The translations under genes were made by a program, and so were the position numbers. A stretch of DNA of 64,000 nt from Polyangiales bacterium (GTDB lineage Bacteria; Myxococcota_A; Polyangia; Polyangiales; CBDCBC01), in NCBI GenBank assembly GCA_044224525.1, contig JBGAKI010000001.1, forward strand, positions 12,917 to 76,916. The letters run 5' to 3'. This document shows positions 58,537-64,000 of the stretch, one piece after another (positions within the stretch are counted from its first letter, which is position 1; every line of letters begins with the position of its first letter). The notes beneath the pieces are model-generated. The model had not been told where the DNA came from. It saw only the letters and a list, made by a program, of their open reading frames with translations, and did no database searches.

Positions 58537-60771
58537 ATGCAAAGTCTTGCGCCCATCGCATCAAGTGCGGCGTCCAACCCGTTGCAAAAAACGTCGATCA
58601 CGATAGCGCTTGAGAGCATCGCTGCGTTTGAAGATCTCGCGCCTCATGAAACCTCGGCGGGCATGCTTCATGAGCGTGTGCTTCGTCACTACAGCGAAGG
58701 TTTGCGCCAGTATTTAACTTTGCGTGTGCTCAATGTCGAGGTTGCGCTTGCGCTTGCGGCGAACTTGCGTGAGCAGGTGCTCGCCTGGCCCGCTGAGCGA
58801 CTCACGGCGCCGCCCACCTCGCGCGCGCATCTTTATCAGCTCGCACGCAAGCTCGCCTTTGAAAAACGCGTTCGTAAAGACTTCAAAGAAAGCCCGCGCG
58901 CCGCACTTCCGTGGCGCTCGCTCGCGCAGGGCACTCCGCATACCTATGTACAGGCGCTTAATGCGCTACGCATCACACTTAGCGATCTGGAACTCGAACT
59001 GCTCGAGCTTCGCTACGCCCGCGAGCTCTCACCCGAAGAAATCGCGTGTGTGCTCGATTTAAAAGAAGCCGAAGTGAGCATGGTGCTTGCGCAAGCCCAA
59101 GCACACGCCCAGCAGTTGCTGGGTGATGCGCCCCCCAGTCGCCTTGGCGGTCTCGCCGGTGCACTGGTTGAAGCGTTTGCGCTCAATCCCGACGTATTTG
59201 CGGCACTGACCAAACCCGAGGAAAAGCCTGGCCTTGAAAAGGGCGCAGTGCTTGGCGATCGCTTCGAGATCGAGCGCCGCGTGGGCGAGGGCGCTTTTTC
59301 TGATGTCTACCGTGCACGCGACAAACATGTACCTGGTCACGTGGTGGCGCTCAAACTCTTACATCACGCTTCGCTCTCCGACACCGCCCGCGAATCTGCG
59401 TTGCGCGAATTACATTTGATTGCATCAGTGTTTCATCCTTCGGTGGTGCATTTTAAAGATCACGGCTGGTATGCAGGCCGGCTGTGGTTCACCATGCCAT
59501 GGTACGAAGGCGAAGCGCTTGAAACACGGATTGCGCGCGCGCCGCTGACACGCGTCGAAGCGCGGCGTATTTTTGAGCCACTCGCCAAAGCACTGGCAAC
59601 GCTTCACACCGCCGGTATTCGCCACCAAGACATCAAGCCGGATAATATTTTTCTTGCCCGCATCCGAAGCGACGATGAACAAGACGAAGTGCTGCCTGTG
59701 TTGCTTGATCTGGGCGTAGCCGCGCGCGAAGCCGAGGTATTAATAGCCGGAACGCCGATGTATTTTGCCCCCGAAGTCGCTGCGCGCTTTGCGCGCCTTG
59801 AGCACGCGCCTCCGATCGGCCAAAAGGCCGACGTGTTTGCCCTTGCGCTTTCGCTACGCAACGCACTCGAGCCCGAAACACAAGAAGACATTGCCGCAGC
59901 CGCGGTCGATGCATTCATCGAGCATCGCGCGCTCAACCCGCCTAAGGCTCCAAGCAAAAAGGACTTACATTATCTTGAGCCCTTTTTTCACCGTTGGCTT
60001 GCGCTCGATGCTGACGCGCGTCCCTCGGCCGACGTATTTGCAAAAGAGCTCGCCAAACTTACCGAGCCTGAAGAAAAGCGCGCACGCTTAATCACGGCGC
60101 TCAAGCGCATCGGCCCCATTGCCGCGGCGCTCATGGTGGCAGTATGTGCTGTCGTCTATGTGCTTTGGAAAGAGCGCAACTTACAACAGCTTGAAGCCGA
60201 ACGCGCACGTGGTGAAGCGGCATATGCAAAGGCTGAGCTCAGCCAAGAAGAGGCCAAACTTAAGTCGCTCAGTGCCGGGCACCAAGATCTGCTCGAACAA
60301 TACAAACACGGTAAGCTCACACAAAAGCAGCTCGCCGATCGCTTAAATGCCAGCGAACGTCAAATCCGTTCGCTACTTGAACAGTTGGGTTTTGCGCGTA
60401 CCAAGGCCAACGAGCTTGAAACATCGCTTAAGCAAACGCAGTTATCGTTGGCGCAAGCGCAAGAACAACTCGTCGATGATCGCGAGCGCATCGCACGCCT
60501 CGAAGGTGATCTAAGCGCCTCCAAACAGCTTGTCAGCCAGCTTCAAGATGACCTTGCGGGCGAACGCACAAAAAGCGCCGAAGCCAATGCCACGCTTTCT
60601 ACCGTGCGCGATCAGCTGGGCACCGAGCAACTGCGCGTAAGTGAACTCACACGCAACCTTGACGCGGCCAAAGCCGAACAAGCACGGCTCGAGCGACAGG
60701 TAGCTGATTTACGCCAAAGCCTTGAAGCCAACCGCCAACCGGCGCCCACTGTACCGTCCGAGACGCCCTAA
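58537..60771 (+). CDS. Sigma-factor-like domain fused to Ser/Thr kinase, TM helix and coiled coil
   Basis: LSDLELELLELRYARELSPEEIACVL (sigma region 4-like), GEGAFSDVY, VALK, HQDIKPDN, DLG, GTPMYFAPE. Confidence 0.85.
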   Translation: MQSLAPIASSAASNPLQKTSITIALESIAAFEDLAPHETSAGMLHERVLRHYSEGLRQYLTLRVLNVEVALALAANLREQVLAWPAERLTAPPTSRAHLYQLARKLAFEKRVRKDFKESPRAALPWRSLAQGTPHTYVQALNALRITLSDLELELLELRYARELSPEEIACVLDLKEAEVSMVLAQAQAHAQQLLGDAPPSRLGGLAGALVEAFALNPDVFAALTKPEEKPGLEKGAVLGDRFEIERRVGEGAFSDVYRARDKHVPGHVVALKLLHHASLSDTARESALRELHLIASVFHPSVVHFKDHGWYAGRLWFTMPWYEGEALETRIARAPLTRVEARRIFEPLAKALATLHTAGIRHQDIKPDNIFLARIRSDDEQDEVLPVLLDLGVAAREAEVLIAGTPMYFAPEVAARFARLEHAPPIGQKADVFALALSLRNALEPETQEDIAAAAVDAFIEHRALNPPKAPSKKDLHYLEPFFHRWLALDADARPSADVFAKELAKLTEPEEKRARLITALKRIGPIAAALMVAVCAVVYVLWKERNLQQLEAERARGEAAYAKAELSQEEAKLKSLSAGHQDLLEQYKHGKLTQKQLADRLNASERQIRSLLEQLGFARTKANELETSLKQTQLSLAQAQEQLVDDRERIARLEGDLSASKQLVSQLQDDLAGERTKSAEANATLSTVRDQLGTEQLRVSELTRNLDAAKAEQARLERQVADLRQSLEANRQPAPTVPSETP

Positions 60772-60851
60772 AAGTCGCTTGCGACTTAGCTATTTAGGGC
60801 TAAACCCACTCATCGAAACCGGCGCTGTCGGTCGATGAATAGAGGGAACCC

Positions 60852-61814
60852 ATGGATACACTTTTACTTTCGCAGGGCGATGTTCAATCACTTTTAAGCA
60901 TGGACATGGTTGTTGAAACCGTTGAGCAAGCATTCGCGGCCCACGGTCGTGGCGAGACCTTGATGCCACATAAAATTTATCTAACGCTTACAGAAGGCGA
61001 TTTTCGCGCAATGCCTTCTTATATTGCAGGGTCTGCGGGTATTAAGTGGGTAAGCGTATATCCCAACAATCCAACCAAACACAAAACCCCCAGTGTGCTT
61101 GCACTTTACATCCTGAGCGATCAAGAAACAGGCTTACCTTTGGCCGTGACCGACGCCACTTCAGTGACCGCTTACCGCACAGGCGCTGCAGGCGCTGTGG
61201 CAACCAAGTATCTAGCCCGCCCCAATGCCAAAACACTCGGGTTGGTGGGTTGTGGCATTCAGGCCAAATATTTGCTTGAGGCGCATCGCATTGTGCGCCC
61301 GGACTTACAGGTGCTTGTGACCGACATCTCCAACGAGCGCGCCCAGGCATTCGCCAAAGAGCACGGCGCCAAGGCCGTGTCGATTGAAGAGGCAGCGGGC
61401 TGCGATGTGGTTTGTACGGCAACAACCAGCACATCCATCGTCGTGAAAAAAGAGTGGGTCAAACCGGGCGCGTTGATTAACGCACTGGGCGCTGACGCTG
61501 CAGGAAAACAGGAGCTAGCAACCGACATCATCACAAGCTCACGCGTGGTGATCGACGAACTCGAGCAAGCAACGCACAGCGGCGAAATTAACGTACCTAT
61601 TACAACAGGTGCATTCAGTGCCGACAAAATCGCATCGACCCTGGGCGAGGTCATCGTCAAGCGCACACTCGCCCCCAGCGACACGGCCGTCACAGTCTTC
61701 GATTCCACAGGTCTTGGTATTCAAGACTTGGCCGTCGTGCGCGCACTCTACGAACGCGCCAAGTCGCGTGGCGTAGGTCAAAAATTCGCCTTTGTTCCCT
61801 ACAACAAAACCTAA
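60852..61814 (+). CDS. Ornithine cyclodeaminase / mu-crystallin / alanine dehydrogenase family protein
   Basis: GDFRAMP, TAYRTGAAG, GCGIQA, GADAAGKQEL, FDSTGLGIQD. Confidence 0.92.
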   Translation: MDTLLLSQGDVQSLLSMDMVVETVEQAFAAHGRGETLMPHKIYLTLTEGDFRAMPSYIAGSAGIKWVSVYPNNPTKHKTPSVLALYILSDQETGLPLAVTDATSVTAYRTGAAGAVATKYLARPNAKTLGLVGCGIQAKYLLEAHRIVRPDLQVLVTDISNERAQAFAKEHGAKAVSIEEAAGCDVVCTATTSTSIVVKKEWVKPGALINALGADAAGKQELATDIITSSRVVIDELEQATHSGEINVPITTGAFSADKIASTLGEVIVKRTLAPSDTAVTVFDSTGLGIQDLAVVRALYERAKSRGVGQKFAFVPYNKT

Positions 61815-61841
61815 TTCGTCCTTTTGTCAGCGGATCAATAA

Positions 61842-61910
61842 GGTGACACGCACTAAAGTGCATGTCACCAGAAGGGCGTGAAGGTGACATGCACTTTAGT
61901 GCGTGTCACC
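61842..61910. repeat. Inverted doublet of the 28-bp REP-like palindrome (BIME-like)
   Basis: 61842-61869 is the exact reverse complement of 61883-61910; half-site at 61933-61941. Confidence 0.9.
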
Positions 61911-61992
61911 TCTCTTGCTGTCATCATTCCTACGTGTCACCCTTCTTGACGAATCAGCTGCGCCAAACCACTTTTTGTGAGACACTTTAACA

Positions 61993-63294
61993 ATGTTCGC
62001 TCGTTTTTTCGTTATGATGTCGTTGTTCGTGACATCGCTTGCATACGCCGATGACGGCATTGCCAATACCTTCAAAAGTGCACTCAACTCCGGCAGCTAT
62101 GCGTTGGCCCTTGGTCTAGTTTTTTTAGGCGGCATTGCGACGTCACTCACACCCTGTGTGTATCCGATGATCGCCATCACCGTTAGCGTCTTCGGCGCAC
62201 GTCAGGTTAAGTCGCGCTGGGAGGGCGCAGGTCTCAGCACCGTATTTGTACTTGGCATTGCCGCACTTTTTACGCCGCTGGGGTTGTTCGCCGCTGTCAC
62301 CGGAGATGTGTTCGGTGCTGCATTGGCAAGTCCCGTCGTTCTAATTGGCCTTGCGTTGTTGTTTTTGACCATGGCGGCGTCGATGTTCGGTGCGTTTGAA
62401 CTTAATTTACCACCCGCGCTGCAAAATCGCCTCGCGCAGGTGGGCGGCGTTGGATACAAGGGCGCATTCTTTATCGGCATGGTCAGTGCGTTAATCGCAG
62501 CCCCATGCACTGGTCCAGTGCTTGGCTTCTTGCTCACTTGGGTGGGCACGAGCGGCAACGTCACCTTTGGTGCACTCGCACTGTTTGCCTATTCGCTCGG
62601 ACTGGGTCTTTTGTTTTGGCTGGTTGGCACGTTCTCCGTGAGCTTACCTAAATCAGGGCGCTGGCTTGAATGGATCAAAAGTATCTTTGGCGTAGTCATG
62701 ATTGTCGCCGCGCTTTATTACCTACAAGGCATCATCCCGATCCTGGATGCGATTGGACAAAAAACCTCGCCATTCTTGTTAACGTCATTGGCGCTTATCA
62801 CAGTGGGTGTTGCGCTTGGTGCGATTCATCTCAGCTATCACACGCCCAGTATGAGCGTCCGCATTCGCAAGACGCTTGGTGTGCTTTCAACCGTTGCGGG
62901 TGTTTTTGGCATAATCGCTTACTTACAGGCACTCCCGGCCGGTGCCAAATTAAAGTGGCTCGACAACTACCAAAGCGCCAAGTCGCTCGCGCTCAGCGAA
63001 GGCAAACCACTTTTGGTTGATTTTGGTGCGTCGTGGTGCGGCGCCTGCGGTGAGCTTGACCGACACACCTTTAGCGACCCGCGCGTGGTAAAAGCCGGTC
63101 GCGATTTTGTCGCGGTGCACGTTGATCTAAGCCCCGGCAAAGACACACCCGACAACAAAGCAGCGCTTGCTGGTTATAACCAACGCGGGCTACCGCTGGT
63201 GGTGGTTCACGATCGCAAGGGCAACGAAGTTGGCCGCATCACAGAATTTGTTCCACCTACAGCCATGCTCAAACTGATGCGCGCGGCAAGATAG
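61993..63294 (+). CDS. DsbD/CcdA transmembrane domain fused to thioredoxin
   Basis: SLTPCVYPMI, AAPCTGP, DFGASWCGAC. Confidence 0.92.
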   Translation: MFARFFVMMSLFVTSLAYADDGIANTFKSALNSGSYALALGLVFLGGIATSLTPCVYPMIAITVSVFGARQVKSRWEGAGLSTVFVLGIAALFTPLGLFAAVTGDVFGAALASPVVLIGLALLFLTMAASMFGAFELNLPPALQNRLAQVGGVGYKGAFFIGMVSALIAAPCTGPVLGFLLTWVGTSGNVTFGALALFAYSLGLGLLFWLVGTFSVSLPKSGRWLEWIKSIFGVVMIVAALYYLQGIIPILDAIGQKTSPFLLTSLALITVGVALGAIHLSYHTPSMSVRIRKTLGVLSTVAGVFGIIAYLQALPAGAKLKWLDNYQSAKSLALSEGKPLLVDFGASWCGACGELDRHTFSDPRVVKAGRDFVAVHVDLSPGKDTPDNKAALAGYNQRGLPLVVVHDRKGNEVGRITEFVPPTAMLKLMRAAR

Positions 63295-63309
63295 CGTATC
63301 GCATCGCCA

Positions 63310-63436
63310 CTAGTGCGGTGGTCAGTCGCGTTGAGCGTGGACGCGCCCGCTGCGTGCCACCGGAGCCTACTCAACGTAGGTGAGGATGGCTCGCGAGGAC
63401 TAAAGACACGATCAACGCGGCTGACCACCGCACTAG
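63310..63436. mobile_element. MITE-like element, 127 bp, CTAG at both ends
   Basis: ctagtgcggtggtcag(t/c)cgcgttga(g/t)cgtg 30-bp inverted arms with 2 mismatches. Confidence 0.8.
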
Positions 63437-64000
63437 CCGGCAAGATCGTAAGAATGCACACCGACGATCATATATTCACTCGGGTTGGTTGACGTCTTCT
63501 TAATGATCATCTTAAAGGGCTGCATATAATCTTTTGGTAGTTGTGTATGGTCGACGGTATTGGGTTCTTCAAACTTGAAGAATCGTGGCTGCTCGACGGT
63601 GCTTGGTTCGCCCACCAATGTGTCCCCATCGAATATGAAACCGCTAAGGACGTTGATCCCTTGTGCTTGAGCGCCGTAGCCCGCATAGGAAACAAGCTTA
63701 ACGCGCACGCAAATCCCGCCCGCTCCAATCGGTGAGTCGGCCCAATCACACTCCGCAGCCGCGATCGAACTGCGATGAGCCTCGGGAGTAGTCTCGAGCG
63801 AGATCGACATTTGCGAAGCCGCCGCGCATGTTTGCTCAGTAAACGTGTAGTTGCCAAACGATTTGCGTGGTGTCGTAGCCAGCCCATCATTCTTGAATGT
63901 CGCATAAACCTCTTGACCCAGCGGCGACGTAAACACGGTTTCGCCGTCAACTTCAATGCGGCCTCGCTCAAAATACTGAACACGACGGGTCTTGCCCCCG
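63433..64000 (-). CDS. Hypothetical protein, probably 5'-truncated by the window edge; C-terminus resembles that of 18900-20264
   Basis: ORF track gives 63433-63936; C-x5-PI-x4-[IL]C pattern shared with 18900 protein. Confidence 0.6.
   Translation of the reverse strand, partial: GGKTRRVQYFERGRIEVDGETVFTSPLGQEVYATFKNDGLATTPRKSFGNYTFTEQTCAAASQMSISLETTPEAHRSSIAAAECDWADSPIGAGGICVRVKLVSYAGYGAQAQGINVLSGFIFDGDTLVGEPSTVEQPRFFKFEEPNTVDHTQLPKDYMQPFKMIIKKTSTNPSEYMIVGVHSYDLAG

Noticed and set aside
61842..61941. Repeated 28-bp palindromes as a CRISPR array
   Set aside because: Only two full copies, inverted relative to each other with a 13-bp gap; other copies are dispersed and no cas genes are present

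Overview
Chromosomal segment of a bacterium that looks like Myxococcota, judged from tgl-rodZ-recO synteny, the split atpI-atpB-atpE block, several eukaryote-like Ser/Thr kinases and an FHA-GGDEF protein. The backbone is housekeeping: trpFBA, recO, oppDF-like, yitJ-like, mqnD, tldD/pmbA, tadA, accD-folC, hemE-hemY, atpBE, xerC, trmFO, topA, dprA, five tRNAs and SRP RNA. It is interrupted by (i) a ~6.9 kb island (5964-12846) bounded by a 31-bp direct repeat, with IS4 and IS91 remnants, MITEs, a duplicated IS91 oriIS end that brackets a cargo gene, and two trypsin-like proteases, and (ii) single orphan secreted/lipoprotein genes inserted between conserved genes. By eye these orphans form up to four divergent paralog pairs with conserved Cys patterns, suggesting lineage-specific secreted families spread by mobile elements. 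Other signals: about a dozen genes with a -10 box 6-7 nt before the start codon (leaderless architecture), a 28-bp REP-like palindrome family next to tRNAs, MITEs whose terminal TAG forms gene stop codons, a probable CTG start for folC, a short in-frame deletion in the TopA TOPRIM domain, a sigma-like/kinase fusion and a His/Cys-repeat lipoprotein. All protein calls come from motif recognition without database searches.
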